A stretch of DNA of 64,000 nt from Octopus vulgaris (lineage: Eukaryota), in contig OX597823.1 of NCBI GenBank assembly GCA_951406725.2, positions 52,886,001-52,950,000 on the forward strand, written 5' to 3'. Both the position numbers and the translations under genes were made by a program. Of the stretch, positions 11,585-23,291 are shown one piece after another. Under the pieces are notes generated by a model, which was not told the origin of the DNA, ran no database searches, and saw only the letters and a program-made list of their open reading frames with translations. The stretch's first letter is position 1. Every line of letters begins with the position of its first letter.

Positions 11585-14108
11585 TGACCGAAACCGATTT
11601 CTTTCAAACTTTGCATGCTAAATGGATTTCATATGAGACTCTTAAATATGAGATTTTTTTTCTTACCTAACTCTAATATTTGCAGAGTTATGATCATTTG
11701 GTATCTCCAAAAAAGTGACATTTTTTCCGTTACTCAGTAACTTTGAGAAGTTATATTTCAGTTACTATTTGAGTTAGAAAGCTCAAGTTTCTTTTTATTT
11801 TAAAGCATTTAAACAACTCTACAACTATTGTTCAGTGTATATTTCCCTTATGATAACATTTTTTTAAATCGATCTAAAATTTTACCTTTGACCTTACACA
11901 GGTCAAAAGACGCGGTCATCAATTTTTTTGAAATTTTGTCCATGCCCTACTTAGTCAAAACTCACATAAAAAAAATTCATGCTGGGATCTCAATGGTAAG
12001 TATTTGTAATACATATAATTATAGTGAAAAGTAGTGACAAATTATCAAAAATTGCTTACTAAACAAGACAATTTGAGCTTGAAGGATAAAACAAAGTGCT
12101 GATAATCAAAATAAGCATTTTTATTATTTCAATAATAATGTCTACTTTTCAGCTCTGCTATGGTCAATGGTGGTAATGCCATTACCAACACCTAGAATCA
12201 TCAAACAAATTGTTGGCACCCCCATCGCCCAAAGGGCCACTCCAGATGGCTTAGCAGATGAAACCACATGCCCCAACTTCCCACACTTGCTTTGCTCTAA
12301 ATGATAAGGTACATGTTAGATGAAATTCTGAAATCTTCGAAATTTAATGATATATTCTGTTGTATCTGGGCAGAGACATTTTCTTTTTGTGCCTTATAAT
12401 TTAACACACTCACTGGTTAAATTTCTACTTATTCCTTATTTTTATTTTCCTAAAATTTTCGTTGCGTCTTGCAACTTTTTCAATAGTCTTGACTAAATTA
12501 TAAGGTACAGAAAGAAAATGACTCTCCCGAGACACAACAGAATATGCTTAAACACACGAACTCATATAATGAATCTTACAAACCATTTTTCAGTCAAAGT
12601 ATATGTTCCTCCTGCAACAGATCTGGGATCAAATTTACAAAGGATGTCTAACTAACCCACTGTTAAAACATCTGACTTTCTAGGATACTGAAAATGATTA
12701 TGAGGGCCCTTTAGGTTCAAGAAAGGTGAGTTTTACTAGCATAGTTTCTGGGTATGTTTCTAGAAAACCGGTTAACTACCAGTCACCATCATAAATTTCA
12801 GCTACAATCTCTTTTATATCCTCAAATTGAATAGCATCATGGATGGAGATTCTAATTTTAGTATAATTGTCTATAGTAGATATCATTTTCACCTTAATTT
12901 CTGTAGGCGAGCTTTAGATAAAGTAATGCAGCTTTTGTATCCCTGGAATTGTCCTTGCATTTCTAAATCTCTCTCTCAATAGATTATCCATATTCTGCAT
13001 TTCATCATTTGCAGTTTTTCTGATCTTTTTTCTGTTGTTTTGAATTTTTCTTTTAACTGTTTGATTATTTCAATTTCAAGGTGATGATCTTTAAGTTCTT
13101 TTGAGTTTTGATGATTCACCGACTTCCCTTCAAGGTGAAATCATTTGCATCTTTTGAGCAACAGCATTTTAGATTTATTTTCTTTTTTCCTCAGCACACA
13201 TGATGGTTATATCTATCTATATATATATATATATATTTTTGGAGATTCCCTAATTTCAAACAAAACTTTGTTGAGGATCTGTAATTTTGCATTTTCTTCT
13301 ACAAATGCATCTGTTGATGATGAAGACACTTCAGTGGTAGTTGACGCATCATCTCTCGTATCTTCTAATGATGGTTCAATTTGAAATGTAGGCAAAGGTT
13401 TTTCTGCGAGAGTCACATATGTTTTGTCCAGGAGTTAGGCTTGCTTTAGGATATTTTGATGCAAAATCTGTTGTTATTGTTTTTAAACCGTCTTTCACAG
13501 GCGCTTTATACTTTTTAAATGGGTCACATCGCTTTCCTTACTAAGCTAAAAATCATTCTTTTAAATCCATCTGTAACTAGGAAAAAACTAAAATGATCAT
13601 ATAAATCTAATTTGAAAAAAAAAAAGAATTAAGTAATTTAATTAGGCTGTATAACATGAGCCATAGTTAATAGAAGACCTTATAACTATTGTTCCCACCG
13701 AGATCCCAGCATCAAATTTTGTTTGTGAGTTGTGACTAAGTAGAGTAATATTTGAAAATAATTTTTAAAAATCGATAACCGCATCTTTTGACATGTGAAA
13801 CATCAAAGGTCAAAGATTAGGTGAACTTTTTAATTTTTATTGTAAGGAAAAAAAATACACTGATCAAAAGTTGTTGATCCATTTATATGCTTTAAAATGA
13901 AAAATATAAAATGAGTTTTCTAGCTCAAATAGTAGCTGAGATATGTCTTCTCAAAGTTATTGAGTAACCGAAAAGATGTCACTTTTTTGAAAATTTAAAA
14001 TGGTCATAATTCAGCAAATATTAGTCAGATAAAAGATATTTCATATTTAAGGGTTTCATATTAAAACCATTTAGAATGCAAAGTTTGAAAGAAATCAGTT
14101 TCGGTCAC
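11584..14108 (-). mobile_element. DNA transposon relic with ~410-bp imperfect TIRs, superfamily uncertain
   Basis: 11584-11991 is an inverted copy of 13700-14108 (gtgaccgaaaccgatttctttcaaactttgca / tgcaaagtttgaaagaaatcagtttcggtcac); internal minus-strand coding remnant RFRNARTIPGIQKLHYF...IYDGDW*...FLEPKGP at ~12590-13000. Confidence 0.75.
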
Positions 14109-14779
14109 CTTTGACACCTGCGTTGATTTCGCATGGAACGACCCAGAAGACATTTTCCTTTACTTTGCGTTACCCATATATTCGTCTGAGAGTCGCACGG
14201 CCTTATTTTGTTCGTATAATGTATATTTATTTTGTTTTGTTTGTATGCTCACATATGAGTCATGATTTTTTTCGTCACCGTCTCCAGCGCTCGCTCGCCA
14301 TTCCCAGCAGCTTCTTACTGGTGATACCATAGTATCGCTAAAGGTGTGAAATTGTAAGGGGTTTTCGGACGATAATTGACGGGGGATTAGCAACATCCTG
14401 TCTTGTCTGTTCATTTGCTATGTTACTGTTCAAATTTTGGTACTTACTATATATATATATTGTGGTTACAATAACTGTGCGTCAATGCAATTGTTTTAAG
14501 TAAACTGGATATGCATGCATGTATGTATGTATGTATGTATGTATGTATGTATGTATGAATGTATGTATGAATGTATGAATGTATGTATGTGTGTGTGCGT
14601 GTGTGTGCGCGTGTGTGTGTGTAGATGGATGGATGGATGCAGTGTTGTATGATAATTTTTACAAAGAAAACTTCGATTTTTGTTATTTACATTTGCTACA
14701 GTGATAAAAATATTCAATTTCGATAACGTTCATGTAAGTACTGCAAAGTTATCACAGTGCATAATTTAGCTCAAAATTA

Positions 14780-14817
<38 letters not shown>

Positions 14818-14842
14818 TTTATTTTTATCTTTATTATTATTA

Positions 14843-14923
14843 TTGAGTGAGAGAGCAGTGCATGCCATCAAAGTGACACAGGCGTAAAATATACGAAGCC
14901 CAGTATATCCATCATGACTACCC

Positions 14924-14925
<2 letters not shown>
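14843..14925 (-). repeat. Truncated copy of the (TAA)n-associated non-coding element at 17588-18113
   Basis: gagtgagagagcagtgcatgccatcaaagtgacac...atcatgactacccgt shared; strand inferred. Confidence 0.75.
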
Positions 14926-14977
<52 letters not shown>

Positions 14978-14979
<2 letters not shown>

Positions 14980-17089
14980 AGATGATAATAGAAAGGGAAT
15001 CCAACAAGATCTAGAAAAGTCGTACATGAAAGAATTTGAAATGGTGAAGACACGCCAGATTCAGAAGTTTATGAAACTCAAATGTCAGAGAGTGAAGACT
15101 GAAGACCGTCACCCACCTGTGAAAGCAGTAATTAATGTAAGTAGCCGACATCTAGAAAGCTCTGAAGAAGCAGTACTAAACAAAGGCCTCAACTTTGCGA
15201 CAACCATCAAACGCATTCCATATATGGACATAATAGTCCCTATTGAAGAGATAGCCGTAAAGATACTAAAAGCTCAGGGAGACTAACTAAGGTGGAAAGT
15301 GAGACAGGTACCAGAAAAAGCGAAACTTCCCAAACCAAACATCACTAAGGAAAAAAAGTTCGCTATCAAAAGACGACAGAGTGACAATTCCATCATAATA
15401 CTTGCAGCGGAGAAGGGAAATGCTACAGTGGTGATGAACAAGTCTGACTACTCGGAAAAATTGGCAAGTCTTGTAGGTGATGGTAGCTACAGCAAAGTAA
15501 AGAAAGGCCTAACTCTGAAAACAGAGAGGAAGATGTCACAGATCTTGATCATGAACACGGATCACTTTACACCAATGAAGTACAGACAACTGACTACAGT
15601 AAACTACCGCACATGTACCGTCTCCTTAAGATTCACAAGGATGGTATTCCATTAAGACCTATAGTTAGCTGCATGTCATCCACTGAGCCGCTTCCTTGTG
15701 GATATAATCAGTCCATTAGCAGGAAAGTCAACATCGTACGTGAAGAATTCCACCCACTTCACAGAATTGATCAAGGATACCCCCATTGAATCCAACCAGA
15801 TGGTGAGTCTGTTCACCAAAGTCCCAACTGGTGAAGCACTATCGGTGATTCAAGAAAAACTAGTGACAGGCACCCATCTAAAAGAACGCACTAGTATACC
15901 AATAAGAAACTTGATGGACATGTTAACCTTCTGTGTAGAAACTACCAACTTCAGTATGGACACTGATATATATATCGACAAGAAGAAGGTTTAGCTATGG
16001 GTTCGCCATTATCACCGATAATAGCCAATATATACATCGAATACTTTGAGAATTTGGTTTTAGGATCAACACCACTAAAACCAACCTTATAGCGGCGATA
16101 TGTTGATGACACCTTTATACTCTGGTCGCACCAGGAAGATGTCCAAGTGCTGTTAAATCATGTGAACTCAATAAAGCCATCTATACAAGTTCATAATCGA
16201 AAAGGAAAAAGATAATCAGCTAGCATTCCTGGACGTATTAATAGCACGCACCAAGTATGGATTCAGGATATCCGTATACAGCAAGCCGACCTTCACTGGA
16301 CGATTCCTCAACTTCAATTCCCACCATCTATACAGTGTAAAGAGAAGGATTGCTCAGTGCCTAAAACATCGAGCAAAGAATATAAGTATCGATCATGATG
16401 CACACCATGAAGAAATTATCAAACTCAGTAACAATCTGTTAAGTAACAACTAATCCAAAAACATACTATCTACTCCAATTATGAAGAAAAGAGAGGATGA
16501 AACCAATAAACTGTCCACAGTCTGTCTACCCTATGTGAAAGGCCTATCTGAAAAGATACAAAAGATATGCGGACCATATGACATCATGACAGTATTCAAG
16601 AATAATATAACACTTCGCAGATATCTCCTTCGAGTAAAACCACCAATAGAAGAGAATATGATCAAAAGCTGCGTGTACTCCATCCCATGCAGCTGTGGTA
16701 GGTTATAAAAAGGTGAAACATGCTGCCCCCTCAAAATAAGGGCAGAGGAACATCGCAAAGCTGTGACACTAGGAGATAGTGATAAATCGGGTATAGCTGA
16801 TCATGTATGGAAGAATGGAGACCACCTCCCCCTGTAGGATGAAGTTAAAATAATAGACAGAGAACACCACTGGAAAATACGAAAATTAAAGGAAGCAGCA
16901 CATATGCTAGGACACAACAACTTCCTAAGCAGACCGAGTGCAGATATGAATAGCATATGGGAACCGGTATTAAGGAAGGATAAAGAAATATTAGATTTAT
17001 AAACGCTAAAATTCACTCCATAATTGCCCACATGCATATGGCGTAGTGGTTAAGAGCGCGGTTACTAACCCCAAGATTCCTGAATAATG

Positions 17090-17143
<54 letters not shown>

Positions 17144-17288
17144 TCGAAAAATACCTTAGGAATGAGAACCAAGGTTCGAAATTTATCCAAGACACTTGAT
17201 GAAGGCTGGAGGGTATATCAGCCGAAACGTTGTGCTAACAACACACAAGATGAGGACAAATATCCGGCAAATGTAAATAATGTAAACA
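14978..17288 (+). mobile_element. Penelope-like retroelement (RT + GIY-YIG), decayed, with 3' pLTR carrying tRNA-like head and hammerhead
   Basis: VLNKGLNFA, IIILAAEKGNATVVM, SLFTKVP, GLAMGSPLSPIIANIY, RYVDDTF, LPYVKGLSEKI, CVYSIPCSCG..GET, KLKEAAH; multiple stops and frameshifts. Confidence 0.9.
17191..17236 (+). ncRNA. Minimal type-I hammerhead ribozyme, family 1 (core C3>T)
   Basis: gacac-TTGATGA-A-GGCTG-gagggtatat-CAGCC-GAAA-CG-TT-gtgct. Confidence 0.7.
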
Positions 17289-17320
17289 ATAATAATAATA
17301 ATTATTATTATTATTATCGA

Positions 17321-17435
17321 GGCGGTGAGCTGGCAGAATCACTAGCACGCCGGACAAGATGCTTAGTGGCATTTCGTCTGTCTTTTCGTTCTACGTTCAA
17401 ATTTCGCCGACGTCGACTTTGCCTTAATCCCATAA
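17321..17435 (+). mobile_element. SINE family B 5' part
   Basis: ggcggtgagctggcagaatc...gttcaaatttcgccgacgtcgactttgcc. Confidence 0.75.
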
Positions 17436-17587
17436 GATAAAAACATTATCTCCCTCGGTGATTGGCTCTGGATTGTGTTCGTCCCAGTTCTTAGGTTGCG
17501 GATATAATAGTGACAGCATATGCTCCAGTGCAAGTATTGGCCCACTCGGTCATGCCTGCTTTTATATTCTGTATTATTATTATTATT

Positions 17588-18113
17588 GAGTGAGAGAGCG
17601 GTTTATTACATCAAAGTGACACTGGGGTAAAATATACGAAGCCCAATATACCCATCATGACTACCCGTCTGATAAGGGTACACCAGGCACATGCATCACA
17701 ACCACATGTGCGCAACATGGTGATCTCATATCAAGATAAACAGCACATGACCTTGCAGGTGGGGCCCAGTTAGCATTTTCTTCAGGTTGAGTAGCCCATC
17801 CCGTTCAAACGGTCCCTGAATAAGGGTTGTTTAAGGATGTTGAAAAAACCACCCATGTTTCCAGAGGTGAATTATTCAAACCCCAAAGAAGCCCTCTCAA
17901 CACATGGCTATGATGCTCCCCCACTACTTCTGCTCGTGATCAGAGATGCACATATCGTCAGCCACTAAGGGACATGCTCAACTGGTTAAGGTCAAACAAC
18001 TGACAAGCAAATCTGTGGTATTGAGCAGAATATTTGCTGTAGCCCATCTTTTATACCAAGACAAAACAATGTACATGATAACACTTCCAATCAGTTGAGA
18101 TCAGAAGCCATGA
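17588..18113 (-). repeat. Non-coding interspersed element between (TAA)n tracts
   Basis: Second partial copy at 14843-14925; bounded by (ATT)n on both sides; no ORF; strand inferred. Confidence 0.6.
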
Positions 18114-18130
18114 GTTATTATTATTATTAA

Positions 18131-18190
<60 letters not shown>

Positions 18191-18191
<1 letters not shown>

Positions 18192-19422
18192 TCTCTTTAT
18201 CACAGGTTTTGTTGGAGCTCCTGGAATCTTGCATGTGTAGCGGGCTTTACTACCTGCAGCCTACAGTACCATACTATTCGTTCTTTTTCAGCTATCTAAT
18301 ATTTTCGCGGTTCTTTCTGGCCGTGCCAAGGAGGCATGTCCTTTGTAACAGTTCTACTGGGCATTCTATTCCAATTTCTTTTATATTCTTCTTGATGCTT
18401 TCTAATACTGTTTCCAAGGACCCAACAATAATAAATACTATCTTCACCTTCTTCAATATCCATAGCGAGGCTATTTCGTATTTAAGAGGGTTATATTTAT
18501 CTATCTTTTCGCCTTCCTTCTTGACTATTCCGTTGGGCAAAGGGCATACAGCATCAACTAAATAGCATATGTGGTGCACCATGCCCACCACCATTAGGTC
18601 CAGTCTGTTATACTCTAGCACCTGATGTGTTTGGATTGGGAAATCCCAGAGGATTTTTTAGTCTTCGACTCCGCCAGTCTTTTAGCCTGTGTTCATATCA
18701 CGTCTTGCCTCTCTCTAGTCCTCACTTTTCGCACAGTTTCCAATGTTGCACTTTCGCTACCTGATCGTGTCGCCATAACGTGTAACAGTTTAGGGCAAGT
18801 CTAAGGCATTCGTTCGTTATATGGGCAATGGTTTCATCCACTCTATTACAGATGCTGCACGACGGAGACACTTGCTCATTCCTAAGGTTGACCCTTCAGT
18901 TCGTAGCCAAAGCTCGGTCTTGCGCTGCCAGTATAGTGCTCTCGGTCTCTTTATTTTAGTGTTCCTTTCATCAGCCAATCCCACATATTTTTACCAGCAA
19001 TTTCTTTTATGGGTACTTGGAATTGATTGTGTAGTCCCTTTTTGCATAATTCTTTTTCATGCTCTTTTAGTATTTCTTCCTTTTTTCCCTTTTTCTTCGC
19101 TTTCAATACTCTCCCATTCCTAACTATTTCTAGTAAAGTTTCCTTACTTTGGGCTAGGTATCTCATTAAGCTCTCGTGTTCGATACGCACACTATATTCC
19201 ACACTTATTAGTGCTCTTCCTCCATTTGCTCTCTTCATGTTTAGGCGATCAATGTCTGCATATGGTTGATGCGCTCCATGCACCATTAGGAGCTTTCTAG
19301 ACTTCCTGTCCATCTCCTTTAGCTCATCCTTAGTCCACTTCAGGATTCCAGCGCCACACTGAATTACTGCGATTGAGCGCGTTTATTGCCGAAACTATGT
19401 TTCTGGCATTCAGCTTTGAATC

Positions 19423-19423
<1 letters not shown>
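18191..19423 (-). mobile_element. R4/Dong-like RLE LINE, 5'-truncated and decayed
   Basis: SKLNARNIVSAINA, MDRKSRKLL..HGAH..ADIDRL, RLDLMVV, KYNPLKYEIASLW, LLGTARK; (ATT)n on both sides. Confidence 0.85.
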
Positions 19424-19505
<82 letters not shown>

Positions 19506-19573
19506 TTATTATTACTATTATTATCGCCGTCGTCGTCGTCGTCATCATCATCATCATCATTATTATTATTATT

Positions 19574-20525
19574 CAGTAGTTTTATTTTTATCCCGTGCTT
19601 CCACTGCACTACCGAGCGCAGCTCTGTGTGGCTTGGGTATGTGCTGTGGTTTGTTGTGGTGCTCACGTAACATGTGTGCAGTGCCTAGTAGTGGTATTTT
19701 CTGTATATTTTATATACTTGTATGTCCTGGTGTTTTTGTTATGTATTTATCTGAATGTTTTTTATCATACCTAATGCGCCATCTATAATAGGAATTGTTT
19801 CTGGTTTTAGGCTCCACTTTCGAGTTACCTCTATTTCCAAATCTTTGTATTTTGAAAGTTTCTCCGTTTCTTTTAGAGAAATGTTGCCATCTGTTGGTAT
19901 TGATTGGGACGCATTCTTTTTCTTGGTGATCTCCGACAACTATATCGGGCAATTTATCCTTGATTTCTCTATCTGTGTGTATTGGCATATCCTAGAGTAT
20001 GGTTGCTTTCTCATTTTCTGTAATCTTTTCTGGGGTGTACTTATACCAACTTTTTTTCAGTTGTTATTCCATAGTGTTGGTATAGCTTCCAGCGTATTAT
20101 AGGTCCCAACTCTGTCGTGTCTGTGAATATATTCCTTCTTAGCCAGGACTGGGCAGCTAGAGACAATATGATTTGTTGTTTCTTCTCCATCACCACATAT
20201 TCTGAAGTTACTTGTATTTCTGTTCATTATGTATTTTTGGTGATTTCTAGTGGTGGTGGTGGTGATGGTGGGGGCTTGATCTTGCGCTGCAATTAAAAAC
20301 CCTTCAGTTTGTGCTTTGAGTCTTGAGCTTCTCAGCTATTGTTGGGATTTTGCTTTGTCTATTTCATGCCTGTTTAGCTTAACCCAATATTTGCCATATA
20401 GGAAATTTTCTTGCTATCGTGTTATCATGATACATTGCTGTTCCAGTTTTAGTTCGGAGTTGTTTTACAGCTTTTGTAGTTTCTTCTTTTTCTTCGTAAT
20501 TGTTAGGTACTATGACTTCTTTTTT
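19574..20525 (-). mobile_element. R4/Dong-like RLE LINE 3' fragment, second subfamily
   Basis: EGFLIAAQDQ, RHDRVG, PIHTDREIK..PDIVV, KLSKYKDLEIEV, IIDGALGMIK; ends in an (ATT)n tract. Confidence 0.85.
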
Positions 20526-21199
20526 GTATTGTCAGCTTCCTTAAAGACAGAAAACAATATTAGAGCTGCTTTTAACTAAAACGAAATCGTGTGTGCGTGT
20601 GTGTGTGTGTGTGTTTGTATGTGTGTGTGTGCGTGCATGCGTGCGTATCTGTGCGTGTGTGTGCATGTGTGTGTGTGTGTGTGAACTTATCTATGTGTCT
20701 TTGTGTTTGAGTTTGTCCACCACCACCGCTTGACAACCGGTATTGGCTTCTTTACGTCCCCATAAAGTGACCCATAGAATAAGACCTGGTTTAAAAATAA
20801 GTACTGGTGTTGATTTATTCGACTAAAAGCTTCAAGACTGTTTCCAAGCATTGTTGTAATCCAAAAATTGAACCAAATAAAGGATGCAAGAAAGAATATA
20901 TTTACTTAAAGCAATTTCTCTTAAACCTTTTATAGCTCGCCACCCTCTTTCACCAAATGGCGTTTTACTAATGTTTCTTTCACATGTTTTGCAAATAAAT
21001 AAATAAACAAAATAAAATTAATAAATAAATGAAATAAAATAATAAAAAAAAAACAATAATTTCTTTGAACAAACCGACGATAATTTCGCACAGTGGTTTG
21101 TTATCCCTATTTTCTGGTATTATCACATTCAGTATGTGCTGCATTTTAGATTTTTGCATATATTACTGCCCTCATATTAAAGAATGCGACGAGTTATAT

Positions 21200-21420
21200 A
21201 CTGGTTTCAAATTTTGGCACAAGGCTAGCAATTTCAGAGAACAGCATAATTCGATTAGATCGACCCCAGTGCTTAACTGGTCGGAACTTATTTTATCGCT
21301 CCCAAAAGATAAAAGGCAAAGTCAACCTCGGTGCAAATTTGAACTCAAAACCTAAAGACCGACAAAATGCTGCTAAGCGTTTTGCTCGGCGTCTCTACGA
21401 GCCGGCCTACTTGCCGCCTC
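21200..21420 (-). mobile_element. SINE family B, diverged
   Basis: tcgaccccagtg...aaaggcaaagtcaacctcgg...tttgaactc. Confidence 0.7.
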
Positions 21421-21449
21421 CGACCACTTATATATTATTACATTAGTTC

Positions 21450-21645
21450 TTCATTAGCACACCAGACAAAATGCTTAGCGACATTTCATCGATCTTTATG
21501 TTCTGAGTTCAAATTCCGCCGAGGCCGATTTTGCCCTTCATCTTTCCAGGCTTGATGAAATAAGTGCCCGACACGCACTGGGGTCGAGGTAATCGAATAG
21601 CCCCGCCTTCAAAATTTCAGGATTTGTTCCTATAATAGAAATAAT
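21450..21645 (+). mobile_element. SINE family B, diverged
   Basis: ttctgagttcaaattccgccgaggccgattttgcccttcatc. Confidence 0.7.
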
Positions 21646-21749
21646 TATTATATTAGTCTTTGCCATTCATCAGACATGATTTCTGTTTGCCGGTAACACA
21701 ATGTCAAACTCTTACTCAAGGCTTTGTCGATGATTTTAGAAAATAATGA

Positions 21750-22140
21750 TTTCAAATTTTTGCCACAAGAGCAGCTTGTGGAAGGGGGTTAAGTCGATTA
21801 TATCGACCCCAGTGTGTAACTGGTACTTATTTAATCGACCCTGAAAGGATGAAAGACAAAGTCAGTATTGACAGTATTCGAACTCGGAACGTAGCGGTAG
21901 ACGAAATACTTATTTCTTTACTACCCACAAGGGGCTAAACACAGAAGACACAAACAAGGACAGACAAACGGATTAAGTCGATTACATCGACCCCAGTGCG
22001 TAACTGGTACTTATTTAATCGACCCCGAAAGGATTAAAAGCAAAGTCGACTCGGCGGAATTTGAACTCAGAACGTAACAGCAGACGAAATACGGCTACGC
22101 ATTTCGCCCGGCGTGCTAACATTTCAGCCAGCTCGCCGCC
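21750..22140 (-). mobile_element. Two adjacent SINE family B copies (21750-21910 partial; 21911-22140 full)
   Basis: Minus strand ggcggcgagctggc...gagttcaaattccgccgagtcgactttgc..atcctttcggggtcgattaaataagtaccag; central block resembles the MetaSINE-type domain as I recall it. Confidence 0.85.
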
Positions 22141-22813
22141 TTATGATTTTACAAAAATAAAAGGCTATTGTTAAGCGAGACCAACACTGAGTACTTTCAC
22201 TTTGAGTTACGTCACTTGAATATTATTTACTTCTGTTCGTCACTTACTTTCTGTTTAACTGAAAACGATATATCGAAACAGATATAGAATTCTATTTACT
22301 GTTAGTTATTCACAAACTACCTGTTTAAAATTATTATTTTTCCTAACTTTAAGACAGCAAGCCAGCATCAAAAGCTGAGAGTTTTGCGGTTTTTTTTTTG
22401 GTTACTTTGTTTTGTATTCAAACCGCACCGACCTCGACTTTATCTTTCAGTTTACTAGTGCTAACATAAATATGCACTAATAGAAAGTGAAATATATTCT
22501 GTCAAGTCTTCTCATTCTCCAAGACTTGAGAAGTGTAGCTAATACTATACGTGCAAATTTAAAATCCATGAGCTTTTTCAGAGGTAATGTGTGATAAATG
22601 AGCGTACCATTAGTGATAGATGACCATTGGTCGACTGGAAACAAGTATTAGGCACATTCATCGTACCTAATGCACCTAATATTCAAGAGTAAACAAGGGA
22701 TCATTACAGCAATGTTTCTCATTCATTTTTTTTTTACCTATAGGTCCCTTTAATTCCTAATTTACTCGGATTGGTCCTCCTTGCCATTCGATTCTTAGAA
22801 AATCCTACTATAC

Positions 22814-22951
22814 ATTATTTAGATTTGACGGATATTTGTCTTCATCTTGTTTGTTGTTAGCACAACGTTTCGGCTGATATACCCTCCAGCCTTCATCAGG
22901 TGTCTTGGAGAAATTTCGAACTTGGGTTCTCATTCCTAAGGTATTTTTCGA

Positions 22952-22982
<31 letters not shown>

Positions 22983-23083
22983 GTTATTATCATTATTATT
23001 ATTATTCAGGTCACTGCATGGAATCGAACTCGGAATCTTGGGGTTAGTAGCCCGCGCTCTTAACCACTACGCCATTTGCTCTG
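22814..23083 (-). mobile_element. 270-bp tRNA-headed, hammerhead-containing element (Penelope pLTR-derived SINE / retrozyme-like) with 14-bp TSD
   Basis: TSD aaatcctactatac at 22800-22813 and 23084-23097; A box tggcgtagtgg; B box gttcgattcc; (AAT)n; HHR; matches 17035-17283. Confidence 0.85.
22860..22904 (-). ncRNA. Minimal type-I hammerhead ribozyme, family 1, intact core
   Basis: gacac-CTGATGA-A-GGCTG-loop-CAGCC-GAAA-CG-TT-gtgc. Confidence 0.8.
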
Positions 23084-23204
23084 AAATCCTACTATACTTT
23101 TATAATTAAATATTATTAGGAATTGTATTTAAAAAGCTGCTAAATTATTTTGTTTACTTTAGAACTATAACCAATTCATTGCACATAAATTTTATCAACA
23201 AAAT

Positions 23205-23291
23205 CTTATATAGACCCCCAATAAGCATATGGGCCCCCTAAGGAGCATATGGACCCCCAAGGATCACGTAGACTCTGGTTGAGAACCACTG
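23205..23291. mobile_element. hAT-like MITE terminus with subterminal repeats
   Basis: Repeated catatgg(g/a)ccccc units ending in TIR ggttgagaaccactg. Confidence 0.6.

Noticed and set aside
23010-23082. Genuine tRNA-Ser(ACT) gene
   Set aside because: The acceptor stem pairs poorly, no oligo-T terminator follows, and it is embedded in a TSD-flanked mobile unit; treated as a tRNA-derived head
23205-23291. CRISPR-like short repeats
   Set aside because: Eukaryotic context, no unique spacers or cas genes; they are hAT subterminal repeats
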